From an uncultured Brevundimonas sp. (lineage in GTDB: Bacteria; Pseudomonadota; Alphaproteobacteria; Caulobacterales; Caulobacteraceae), in NCBI RefSeq assembly GCF_947305955.1, contig NZ_CAMZFB010000010.1, positions 2,790 through 66,789 of the forward strand: a stretch of DNA of 64,000 bases. Reading direction: 5' to 3'. The notes under the pieces were generated by a model. It saw only the letters and a program-made list of their open reading frames with translations, made no database searches and was not told the DNA's origin. Made by a program: the position numbers and the translations under genes. Position 1 is the stretch's first letter; the number at the start of each line of letters is the position of its first letter. Of this stretch, positions 39,529 to 48,800 are shown in pieces.

Positions 39529-40170
39529 TTATTGCACCAGCATTTCTTCGATCAGCACGGCGTCCACCTTGCCCGGTGCCGCCACAAGATTCACGCGACG
39601 CAACAGTTCGGCCCGCAGCTGGTAGGAACCCGCCGAGCCAGCCAGATCATCCGGACGCAATTCACGCAGGAAGCTCTGCAGCATATCATTCAAACGCGGG
39701 GCCTGCTCCTGAAGACGCGAGGCGACCGCAGCGTCCTTCATCTCCAGCGTCAGCTTGAGCTTGAGATAGGTCGTGCGGCCTTCCGCCGACTGGATGTTCA
39801 CGATCAGGTCCGGCAGGGTGTAGAAGGTCACGCCATCGGGACCGGCGGCAATCGTACCTGCGCCGCCCTCGCCCGCCGCGGCTTCACCGCCGCCGCCATG
39901 GCCGTCGTCCTTCTTCTTTTCTTCCTTCGGAGCCTCATGGGCGGCCTCGGCACCTTCGGCTGCCGGTTCCTTGGGCTTCATCAGGAAGAAGGCCGCACCA
40001 CCACCGATAGCCGCCACCAGAACGGCGGCTGCAATGATGATGATCAGCATCGGGGGCTTCTTCTTGCCCTCACCGGCCTCGGCACCCGTCACATCCTGTG
40101 CGGTTTCGCCTTCGACCACGGCCGGAACGGCGTTTTCGCCCTTCTTCTTGCCCAGCTTCAATTTCAGCAT
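39529..40170 (-). CDS. fliL: Flagellar basal body protein FliL
   Basis: Single TM, YLKLKLTLE, LRELRPDDL.GSAG and VLIEEMLVQ. Confidence 0.93.
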   Translation of the reverse strand: MLKLKLGKKKGENAVPAVVEGETAQDVTGAEAGEGKKKPPMLIIIIAAAVLVAAIGGGAAFFLMKPKEPAAEGAEAAHEAPKEEKKKDDGHGGGGEAAAGEGGAGTIAAGPDGVTFYTLPDLIVNIQSAEGRTTYLKLKLTLEMKDAAVASRLQEQAPRLNDMLQSFLRELRPDDLAGSAGSYQLRAELLRRVNLVAAPGKVDAVLIEEMLVQ

Positions 40171-40216
40171 ACGAATGACCCCGACCGTACAGCACAGCTA
40201 AGTGGGGCCAGTTTGG

Positions 40217-40232
40217 TTAACAGGGCGTTAAC
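40217..40232. promoter_or_regulatory. CtrA binding site (fliL promoter region)
   Basis: TTAA-cagggcg-TTAAC, a full TTAA-N7-TTAAC match. Confidence 0.85.
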
Positions 40233-40304
40233 CATGAGGCAAAACCTGCCGGGCGCAAACTCCCGATTTTCGCTAAGTGCTTGAAAAATATAAGCACGAA
40301 AACT

Positions 40305-40319
40305 TGGCATGACAGTTGC
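40305..40319 (+). promoter_or_regulatory. Sigma54 promoter of the flgF operon
   Basis: TGGCAT-gacag-TTGC, matching -24/-12 spacing. Confidence 0.8.
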
Positions 40320-40347
40320 GAAAAGATCGGGTGAAGGAGCCCGTGCT

Positions 40348-41082
40348 TTGGAAAATGCAGCCTATATCGGACTGTCCCGCCAGATGACCCTGCGCCGCGA
40401 ACTGGATATCGTGGCCAACAACATCGCCAATGCGGACACGACCGGATTCAAAGTCGAGCAAATGCTGGTCGGGACCGAGATCGGTCCGCGCGCCCGCAAC
40501 CATGCCATCCGCCCCTCGGCCAGCTTCGTGCTGGACAAGGGTGTGGGCCGCGACTTCGGTCAGGCCGCACTGAAGCAAACCGGACGCGATCTGGATTTCG
40601 GCATTGAGGGCGAAGGCGCCTTCTTCACCGTCCAAACCCCGACCGGCCCCGCCTATACCCGCGACGGCTCGTTCACCATGGACGCGACCGGTCGCCTGAC
40701 CACGCAGGACGGCCATCCGGTCCAAACCGATGCGGGCGAGCTGATCGTCAATCCGGAACTGGGTCCGATCTCGGTCGGACAGGACGGCACCATCACGCAG
40801 GACGGCGAGATTATCGGCCGTCTGTCCGTCTCGCGTTTCGACAATCTGGCGGTGTTGGAAAAGGGCGGTGACAATCTGTACCGCAACACCTCCAACGCCC
40901 AGCCCATCGAGGCTGCCGATGCCCGTATCCGTCAGGGCATGCTGGAAGGCTCCAACGTCAACACCCTGATCGAGATCACCAATCTGGTCGAGATCAACCG
41001 CGCCTATGAGCGCGTCACCCGAATGATCGAAAACACCAATGACCTCAGCCGCCGCGCCGTCGAGCGCCTCGGCAAGGTCTAA
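40348..41082 (+). CDS. flgF: Flagellar basal-body rod protein FlgF
   Basis: Motifs ANNIANADTTGFK, YTRDGSF and LEGSNVN. TTG start follows a GAAGGAG Shine-Dalgarno. Confidence 0.93.
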   Translation: MENAAYIGLSRQMTLRRELDIVANNIANADTTGFKVEQMLVGTEIGPRARNHAIRPSASFVLDKGVGRDFGQAALKQTGRDLDFGIEGEGAFFTVQTPTGPAYTRDGSFTMDATGRLTTQDGHPVQTDAGELIVNPELGPISVGQDGTITQDGEIIGRLSVSRFDNLAVLEKGGDNLYRNTSNAQPIEAADARIRQGMLEGSNVNTLIEITNLVEINRAYERVTRMIENTNDLSRRAVERLGKV

Positions 41083-41097
41083 GGAAAGGACTGAGGA

Positions 41098-41886
41098 ATG
41101 CGCGCACTCCGCACCGCCGCCTCGGGCATGGCTGCCCAGCAGCTGAACGTCGAGGTCATCTCGAACAACATCGCCAACATGAACACCGTTGGCTACAAAC
41201 GCCAACGCGCCGAGTTCCAGGACCTGCTGTACCAGAACGTCGAGCGTATGGGGGCCCAGTCCTCGACGCAGGGTACGGTTGTGCCGACCGGTATACAGAT
41301 CGGTATGGGTGTGAAAGCCGGTGCCGTTTATCGCATCACCGCACAGGGCACGCCCAGCCAGACCGGCAACACCTATGACATTGCCATCAACGGCAAGGGC
41401 TATTTCCAGATCACCATGCCCTCGGGCGAGACGGCCTATACCCGCGCTGGCAATTTCGCCCTGAACGCCGAAGGCCAGCTGGTGACCAAGGACGGCTATC
41501 TGATCGAGCCGGCCATCACCATTCCGCAAAATGCCGTGGACGTCTCGGTCTCGCGCGCCGGTCAGGTGCAGGTGGTTCTGGACGGCGAAACCGAGCCGCA
41601 GGTCGTGGGCCAACTGGAAATCGCCACCTTCATCAACGAGGCCGGTCTGGAAGCTGTCGGCGACAACCTGCTGCTGGAAACCGCGGCGTCGGGCGCACCG
41701 AATGTGGGCGTTCCGGACGAGGTCGGCTTTGGCCACCTGCTGCAAGGCTATACCGAGGCCTCCAACGTGGATTCCGTCTCTGAAATCACCGCCCTGATCG
41801 TGGCCCAGCGCGCCTATGAGATGAACTCCAAGGTCATCACCACCGCCGACGAAATGCTGTCGGTCACGGCCCAGCTGAAGAACTAA
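41098..41886 (+). CDS. flgG: Flagellar distal rod protein FlgG
   Basis: Motifs SNNIANMNTVGYK...FQDLLYQ and QRAYEMNSK. Confidence 0.96.
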   Translation: MRALRTAASGMAAQQLNVEVISNNIANMNTVGYKRQRAEFQDLLYQNVERMGAQSSTQGTVVPTGIQIGMGVKAGAVYRITAQGTPSQTGNTYDIAINGKGYFQITMPSGETAYTRAGNFALNAEGQLVTKDGYLIEPAITIPQNAVDVSVSRAGQVQVVLDGETEPQVVGQLEIATFINEAGLEAVGDNLLLETAASGAPNVGVPDEVGFGHLLQGYTEASNVDSVSEITALIVAQRAYEMNSKVITTADEMLSVTAQLKN

Positions 41887-41893
41887 GGGGCGC

Positions 41894-42691
41894 ATGACCA
41901 TGAAGCGCATCCTGACCACCGCCACCGCCCTGATGGGACTGGCTGCACTGGCTGCCTCGGCGATGGCGGGCGAGGCCCACGCCAGCAGCGTCACTCTGCG
42001 CGCCCAACCGATGGACGACGATGGCCGCATCACCCTGGGCGAGTTGTTCGAGGGCGCAGGTGCCGCCGCCAATGTCGTGGTGGCCCAGCGCGCCGGTGCC
42101 AGCGTGGTTCTGGATGCCGGACAGGTTCAGGTCGCCGCCCGCCGCGCCGGTTTGAACTGGGCCAATGCCGAGGGCCTGCGCCGCATTATCGTGCGCGAGG
42201 GCGGCTCCGCTCCGGTCACCTCTGCCAACGCCGCCACCGCTACCCGCGCAGGCGCGACGGTCGAGGCCTTGACCCTGACCCGCAGCCTGTCCGCTGGCGA
42301 TATCATCCAGCCCGAGGACCTGATGTGGACCGCCGTTCAGGCCCACCTCGCCCCCGCGGGTGCCCCACAGGACGCCGCCGAAATCATCGGTCTGGCCGCG
42401 CGTCGCCCGCTGCGGGCCGGACAGACCATCATGGCCCGCGATGTCGCCGCCCCGCAGGTCATCGCCCGCAACGACATGGTCGAGGTCCTTTATCAGGATC
42501 AGGGCATCGAGCTGACCATCACCGGCCGCGCCCAGCGTCAGGCCGCCCTCGGTGAGCCGGTTTCCATCCTCAATCTTCAATCTAACCGCACGATCGAGGC
42601 CATCGCTATTGGCCCGGGCCGTGCCCTCGCCGGTCCCGCTGCCCAAAGCCAGCGGACCAACACCCGTTCACTCCAGTTCGCCGCTCGCTGA
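41894..42691 (+). CDS. flgA: Flagellar P-ring assembly chaperone FlgA
   Basis: Signal peptide, SAF-like C-terminus and N..SNRTIEA. Lies between flgG and flgH. Confidence 0.88.
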   Translation: MTMKRILTTATALMGLAALAASAMAGEAHASSVTLRAQPMDDDGRITLGELFEGAGAAANVVVAQRAGASVVLDAGQVQVAARRAGLNWANAEGLRRIIVREGGSAPVTSANAATATRAGATVEALTLTRSLSAGDIIQPEDLMWTAVQAHLAPAGAPQDAAEIIGLAARRPLRAGQTIMARDVAAPQVIARNDMVEVLYQDQGIELTITGRAQRQAALGEPVSILNLQSNRTIEAIAIGPGRALAGPAAQSQRTNTRSLQFAAR

Positions 42692-42708
42692 GCCAGAAAG
42701 ACCGTCCC

Positions 42709-43425
42709 ATGCGCAAGCTTCTGATCATCGCCGCCGCCTGCATTCCCCTCGCCGCCTGCACGACCGCTACCGAGGCCCTGAAGGGGCCGGAGCTGGCTCC
42801 GGTCATGTATCCGGCCCAGCTGCATCCGGTTGAACAGGCCTATCTGCCGGAACCGACGCCCGCCAGCGCCAACAGCCTGTGGCGCACCGGTGCCCGCAGC
42901 TTCTTTGGCGACCAGCGCGCCCGCCGCGTCGGCGACATCCTGACGGTCAACATCGACATCAACGACCGCGCCCAGACCCAGAACAGCACCAACCGCCAGC
43001 GCACCAACAGCGCCCAAGGCGGCGTGAACAACTTCTTCGGGCTGGAATCCAGCATCGGCAAGCTGTTCCCCGGCGGCTTCGATCCGGCCAATATGGTCAA
43101 TACCGAAGGCTCGGTGAACGCCAACGGCTCGGGCAGCGTCAACCGCTCGGAGCGTGTGAACCTGACGGTTGCGGCCATCATCACCGCCGTCATGCCCAAC
43201 GGCAATCTGGTTATCCAAGGTCGGCAGGAAGTGCGCACCAACCGCGAGGTCCGCGAACTGACCGTGGCCGGTATCGTCCGTCCGGAAGATATTTCCAGCG
43301 CCAACACCATCAACCACACCCAGATCGCCGAGGCGCGCATCTCCTATGGCGGTCGCGGCGATATCAGCCGCATGCAATCGACGCCGGCGGCCCAGTCGCT
43401 GGTGGAGCGTTTCAGCCCCTTCTAA
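42709..43425 (+). CDS. flgH: Flagellar L-ring lipoprotein FlgH
   Basis: Lipobox LAAC and motifs DQRARRVGDILTV, PNGNLVIQG and IAEARISYGGRG. Confidence 0.96.
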   Translation: MRKLLIIAAACIPLAACTTATEALKGPELAPVMYPAQLHPVEQAYLPEPTPASANSLWRTGARSFFGDQRARRVGDILTVNIDINDRAQTQNSTNRQRTNSAQGGVNNFFGLESSIGKLFPGGFDPANMVNTEGSVNANGSGSVNRSERVNLTVAAIITAVMPNGNLVIQGRQEVRTNREVRELTVAGIVRPEDISSANTINHTQIAEARISYGGRGDISRMQSTPAAQSLVERFSPF

Positions 43426-43572
43426 GCGGCTGATTTCAACGGCTTTACGCCCCAAATCCGAGCGATATCCCATTCGCGCAAAGCGTGTCGGGATATCGCA
43501 GGAACGGGTTTGGGGTTGCGCCCGTGCGCCACGGCGGTCAGATTCGCCTACCAAGCAGACGAAGGACCCGCC

Positions 43573-44049
43573 ATGCGAGACCTGAGCCGATTATTTCGCG
43601 GGATGCCCCGCCACGCCGCCCTTGTCGGCATGGTTTGGCTGGCTGCATCCCCCACCCTTTCCCACGCCCAATCCACGCAATGGACGTGGACGCTATATCG
43701 GGACAGCGGCCCGATGGTTCTGGCCCGCGAGATCCCCGACACCCCCCGCCTCGATGCCACGCTGGAATGCGATGCGGGCTCCGGTCAGGTCGAGCTTAAG
43801 CTCTATAAGGCCCCCAATCTCAGCAGCGGTCCGGGATCGGTGCGCGCCCTGCGCCAGAGCGCCAATACGATCGTGACCAAGCGGCGCGATCACACTTCCG
43901 CCACTGTGTCTTCGGACCATCCGGTATTTCAGGCCTTTATGGCTAGCGGCCAGCTGGAAATCACCCAGCCTACTGGCTCGGCCACGCTTACGGTCGAGGC
44001 CCCGCACCTGAACAAGCTGCGCCAATTTGGCGAAGCGTGCAGCCGCTAG
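43573..44049 (+). CDS. Exported hypothetical protein
   Basis: Signal peptide and two Cys (LECD...C at the C-terminus). Confidence 0.65.
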   Translation: MRDLSRLFRGMPRHAALVGMVWLAASPTLSHAQSTQWTWTLYRDSGPMVLAREIPDTPRLDATLECDAGSGQVELKLYKAPNLSSGPGSVRALRQSANTIVTKRRDHTSATVSSDHPVFQAFMASGQLEITQPTGSATLTVEAPHLNKLRQFGEACSR

Positions 44050-44075
44050 GTCGCGGCCTTCCCCCTTACGGAGAG

Positions 44076-44615
44076 ATGACGATGGCCCCCAACATCCTCA
44101 GCCCCCTGCGTACAGTTTCGGCGCTTGTCGCCACATCGGCCCTGCTGGCGGCCTGCGCCACGGGTGGCACGCCGCTGGTTGCACCGGACGTGGCGCCGCC
44201 TTCGGCTGAACCTGCGCCCTTGAACGGCGATTACAGTTGGTTCTTCGGGCAGGAAGGCGATCAGCTTCAACTGCTGTACGGCGTGGCCAATTCGGACGAT
44301 GTGCCGCTGTCCATGGCGTGCCGCAGCCGCTCGGGCCAGATCGAGGTGAGCATGGCCTCGGCCACAGCCGCCCCCGCCATCATCCATCTGGCCAGCGCAA
44401 CCCAGTCCCGCGCTTATGCCGCCAAGGCCGAAGAGGCGGGCGTGTTCGACGGCTATATCCTGAGCGCCAAGACCACGCCGGATGATCCAGTGCTTCAGGA
44501 CCTTGTCGCCCATGGCTGGCTGGCCATGCTGGACGGGAACCGCTGGGTCGGCCTGCGCGGCGACAGCGAGTTGCGGGACCACACCACCCGCTTCCTCGCG
44601 GGCTGTAAACGATAA
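44076..44615 (+). CDS. Hypothetical lipoprotein
   Basis: Lipobox LAAC. Weak similarity to the preceding gene. Confidence 0.7.
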   Translation: MTMAPNILSPLRTVSALVATSALLAACATGGTPLVAPDVAPPSAEPAPLNGDYSWFFGQEGDQLQLLYGVANSDDVPLSMACRSRSGQIEVSMASATAAPAIIHLASATQSRAYAAKAEEAGVFDGYILSAKTTPDDPVLQDLVAHGWLAMLDGNRWVGLRGDSELRDHTTRFLAGCKR

Positions 44616-44617
44616 GG

Positions 44618-44647
44618 AAAAAGGGCGGCCCAATGGACCGCCCTTTT
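44618..44647. terminator. Bidirectional terminator
   Basis: AAAAGGGCGG-N-CCGCCCTTTT between convergent genes. Confidence 0.75.
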
Positions 44648-44652
44648 GACGT

Positions 44653-44994
44653 TTAAAGCCCCAGTTCCTGCCGCTGTTTTCGGGTCAGGCCCTTGGCCAC
44701 AAGGTGGTGGGAGTTTTGCAGCAAGTCGCTCAACTCCTCCTCTTCCCAATCCTCGGGCGAGGCGATCTTCAGCCAGCCCCCGCGCGGCAGATAGGGTGCC
44801 CGCTGGGCCCTGCCCTGCTCGCGCAACAGCTCATAGGCAATCTCGGACGCCTTGAAACACAGGCCGCCGTCATCACCCAGCATGGCGAAGATCTTTCCAC
44901 CAACCTTGAAGGTCTGGAGGTTAGGCCCAAAGGGGCGCTCGACCGTGGCCGCCGTGCGCGACAGACAAAAGGCTTCGACCGCGCTGACCTTCAT
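44653..44994 (-). CDS. MmcQ/YjbR family protein
   Basis: Motifs PFGP...FKVGGKIFA, APYL.R.GW and LTRKQR. Confidence 0.85.
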   Translation of the reverse strand: MKVSAVEAFCLSRTAATVERPFGPNLQTFKVGGKIFAMLGDDGGLCFKASEIAYELLREQGRAQRAPYLPRGGWLKIASPEDWEEEELSDLLQNSHHLVAKGLTRKQRQELGL

Positions 44995-45012
44995 CGCCGC
45001 CCCCCCTGAAAA

Positions 45013-45663
45013 TCAGGCGTTCACGCCAAGGCCGATCGGGCAAACCACGCCCGTACCGCCAATGCCGCAATAGCCTTCAGGGTTCTTGGCCAGATAGCCC
45101 TGATGATAGCCCTCGGCGTAATAGAACTCGCCCGCAGGCAGGATTTCGGTGGTGATCTCACCACGACCCGCTGCGCTCAGGGCCTGCTGATAGGCCGCCT
45201 TGGACACCAGCGCCGCATCGCGTTGCGCCTCATCATTATAATAGATGGCCGAGCGGTACTGGGTGCCGATGTCATTGCCCTGACGCATGCCCTGCGTCGG
45301 GTCATGGTTTTCCCAGAACACCTTCAACAGGTCTTCGTACGACAGCTTGTTCGGATCAAACACGACCTGAACCACCTCGGTGTGGCCGGTACGGCCCGAG
45401 CAGACCTCTTCATAGGTCGGGTTCGGCGTCAAACCGCCCGCATAACCCGCCGCAGAGGAATAGACGCCTTCCTGTTGCCAGAAGACGCGCTCCACACCCC
45501 AGAAACAGCCCATACCGAACACCGCGACCTCCAGACCTTGCGGCCAAGGCCCCTTCAGCGGGGTTCCCAGAACGAAATGCGTCTCGTCCGTCGCCAGAGG
45601 CTGTTCACGGCCCGGCAGGGCTTCGTTCGCCGTCGGCAAGGTATCGGCTTTTTTCAACAACAT
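45013..45663 (-). CDS. msrA: Peptide-methionine (S)-S-oxide reductase
   Basis: Motifs [34 protein letters not shown] and YAEGYHQ.YL.KNP. Confidence 0.97.
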   Translation of the reverse strand: MLLKKADTLPTANEALPGREQPLATDETHFVLGTPLKGPWPQGLEVAVFGMGCFWGVERVFWQQEGVYSSAAGYAGGLTPNPTYEEVCSGRTGHTEVVQVVFDPNKLSYEDLLKVFWENHDPTQGMRQGNDIGTQYRSAIYYNDEAQRDAALVSKAAYQQALSAAGRGEITTEILPAGEFYYAEGYHQGYLAKNPEGYCGIGGTGVVCPIGLGVNA

Positions 45664-45809
45664 GGCGGAACTCCAGATTCTTTGTGAGAATATCATATGG
45701 GGGCTTCAACGGCGCTTGCCCATCCGTCACGTTTGATTTAATCAGCGCCCTCTCGCCGGACCGCTCCCGGCGAATCCTCTCCGGACGCATCCGGACACAC
45801 AGTGGATTA

Positions 45810-45899
45810 GGACAGGTGGCCGAGTGGTTGAAGGCGCACGCCTGGAACGCGTGTATAGGGGCAACTCTATCGAGGGTTCGAATCCCTCTCTGTCCGCCA
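45810..45899 (+). tRNA. tRNA-Ser (GGA)
   Basis: GGACAGGTGGCCGAGTGGTTGAAGGCG-CACGC-CT-GGA-AC-GCGTG...GGTTCGAATCCCTCTCTGTCCGCCA. Confidence 0.97.
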
Positions 45900-48800
45900 C
45901 ACTGCTCCAAGCTCTCGATCTCTAAAGGTTTACGGCTTAGCCAATAACTTACAGGCTCTGCGGGCATAATGTCTGCTGCACTCGATACGTAGAATGTTGG
46001 CTTGATGACCTGCATGGTCGGGCGCGAAGGCGGATGGCATTCGAGGCATCGCGTTGTCCCTCTCGATTGCGAGGCAAGTGACGGCGACTAGGAGAAATCG
46101 TCATAGCGTTGGGCATTGCCGGCCTTCATGCCCAAACGCCGTCGTGCCTGGAAAGGGATTAATTTTAAACAATATGCCCGCCGTTTCCTGATCCCTCGCT
46201 TGATCAAGGCAATAACCGCTCGCTAAGACGAACGACGATAGGAAGTGTACTTCACGATCCACGGGATAGATTTCTGCGAGTTGGGTCTTGTCGTCTTCCA
46301 ACCGTCCCTACATCAATCTCGGTATTGTCGAACTTGAGAAACTCTTCGAGGGCAATCGGGACAACACTGGGGTACTCCAGAAACTTGAAGTCGAGCTGGC
46401 GCACCGCAAAACCCAGCGCGCCCTTAAGCTACGTCAGCGCGTTCAGTCCCAGCTCCGCGCATCGGCGGCTTCGACTTCGACGCGAACGAAGCCGCCCGTA
46501 AAGACGGCGGCGCGACGGGCGGCAACAGCTGCCCGATCAGCACCCGCGTCGCAGCCCAACCAAACGCCGGCAAAAACCGTCCAAAGCGCGCCGAAGCAAC
46601 AGGTTGCCGAGCCGCCCGAGCCAGTGACCAATCCTGTTCGCCCGACCGAACCCAACACGCCGCAGGGCATATTGGGGGCATGGATTGCGCTGGAAGCCCT
46701 GTCGCCGCAGACCTACCGCGCCCCACGGGATTTAGCGGTGGGGCAATATGGCAATGTAGCGGAACTGGGTGACGGCCCACTGCCTTGGGAGCGTGCAGAA
46801 AAATCCCGCCCCGGCCACCAGCTCTACTATCAGATCATATTGGGCTCTGTGCCGATGGAACGGGCAACAGATGACCTGATAACGGCCTTCGGGACCACGG
46901 AGGAGCAACCGAGCCGATCGCGTGAGAAGGCCGCACTCGCGGCCGTCATGATAGATCGTAACGGGTGCCTACTGGAAAACGAGGCAATTGCCGTATCCAG
47001 CTTCGGCTGGGCCTTACCGCTCGCCTTGCAGCTTAAACTGGAGGCTCTGTCCGCATGGCCGACTGTTGAGCGCGAAGTCGTCGAAAAGCTCCGCAATATT
47101 TTGGGCCGCAAGGATGATGACGACAACGCCCTCCCCGTCACTCAGACAGATCTGACGGAGGCGTTTGAATATCTTGTTGGGCGCTTTAGCCTTCCGGCCC
47201 ATCTGGCAGATGCCCCGCATTTCGCACTGCGGGTCTTCCATAATTTCAAGGCCAAGAATCCGCCCGAGCCAGCCCTGCTGAACTCCTTCTTCATGCATGA
47301 TCTGGCGCAGGCTCGTACGCTCGACAGCACGCAGTCCCTGCCAAAAACGATGCGGCAATATCTTGGACTGGAGCCGCCCGCGCAGTCCTTTGATCTGCTT
47401 CACAACAAGAGCGCCGTCGAGCGAGCGGTTGCCCCGGTTCGCATTCCCGCCTCGCGTTGGCCCAGTCCCGGTGGGCACCCCCTCGTTTTGTTGCAACAGA
47501 CCGCAGTCAATCTGGCCCGCGACGAATTGCTCAAGGATGGCGGTGTCATCGCCGTGAACGGTCCGCCAGGTACCGGCAAGACCACCTTGTTGCGCGACAT
47601 CGTGGCCGCGACTGTTCTGGACCGAGCCCTCGCCATGGCCGAGTTCGATACGCCAGCAGACGCCTTTAAGCCTTCCGGCCAAAAGTGGAGCGTAGGCGGT
47701 CAAGCCTTCTTCACGATGTACAAACTCGATCCCACCTTGCGTGGGCACGAAATCGTGGTGGCCAGTAGCAACAACAAGGCCGTCGAGAACATCAGCCGCG
47801 AGCTACCGGACGTCCATGCCGTCGGGCGGGCTGACAGCCTTTGCTACTTCCGCTCGATCAGCGACAATATCTCACAGGCCTCCCAAAAGTCGCAGGACGA
47901 TAATCAGGCCAAGGAGAACCTCGCGCCTCTGCAAACCTGGGGGATGATCGCGGCGGTTCTGGGCAACGCAAAGAACCGTGGGCTCTTCTCGGAAGCCTTC
48001 TGGTGGGACGACGACAACGGCTTCAGAACCTATCTGAAGGCAGCCAAAGGTGATGACGTCACCAAAGAAGTTGTCGATCCAGATACAAAAAAGGTCATCA
48101 AACGGACCACGCCTTCGGTGATCGCAAAAGAGTCTCCACCGGTGCCCAAGCAAGCCGCCCAACAATGGTCGGCGGCCCGAGGAAAGCTTGTCCGCCTGCA
48201 TAGAGAGATACTGGACGACCTGTCCGCCTTAGAAGGCGTCAGGCAGAAGTGTCTTGAACTTGCAAAAGCCAAGGATGCGGTGGCGCAGCGGCTGCAAGAC
48301 CGTGACGTATCAGCGCGAGACCTTGCTCGCGCTCAAAGTCAGCAGCACATCCTTGAAGCGAACACAGGTTTGGCCCAGATGGCCAGCGAACGGGCGGAAC
48401 AGGATCTACGTCAGCATCGCAAAGCCCGACCGAACCTGTGGCGCTGGCTGTTCAACGCCGAGGCTCGAAAGAGCTGGCGAACCCAGAATAAAGCAAAGCT
48501 AGATGCCAAGGCGCAGACTGATGCGGCGCTCCATCAGGCTAGACAGGCCGAACATGCCAATACGCGCACCATTGACCAGCTGCGTCTGGAACTCACGCGC
48601 CTAGACCGCGACGTTCTTATTTTGAACAACCAGGTCGCAGAACTCGACAAGGCGCTTGATCCGTACCGCGCCCAGTTGGGTCATCACTTGGTCGACGGGC
48701 ATTTCTTCGAGCGAAGCCATGAGGCGATAAACCTGCAATCGCCTTGGTTGCCCGCCGCTTTGCAACGCAAACGCGAGGACCTGTTCATCGCGGCGATGGA

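Noticed and set aside
46101-46301. 66-aa minus-strand ORF upstream of the helicase
   Set aside because: No motif, and it overlaps the helicase start and promoter region. Probably spurious.
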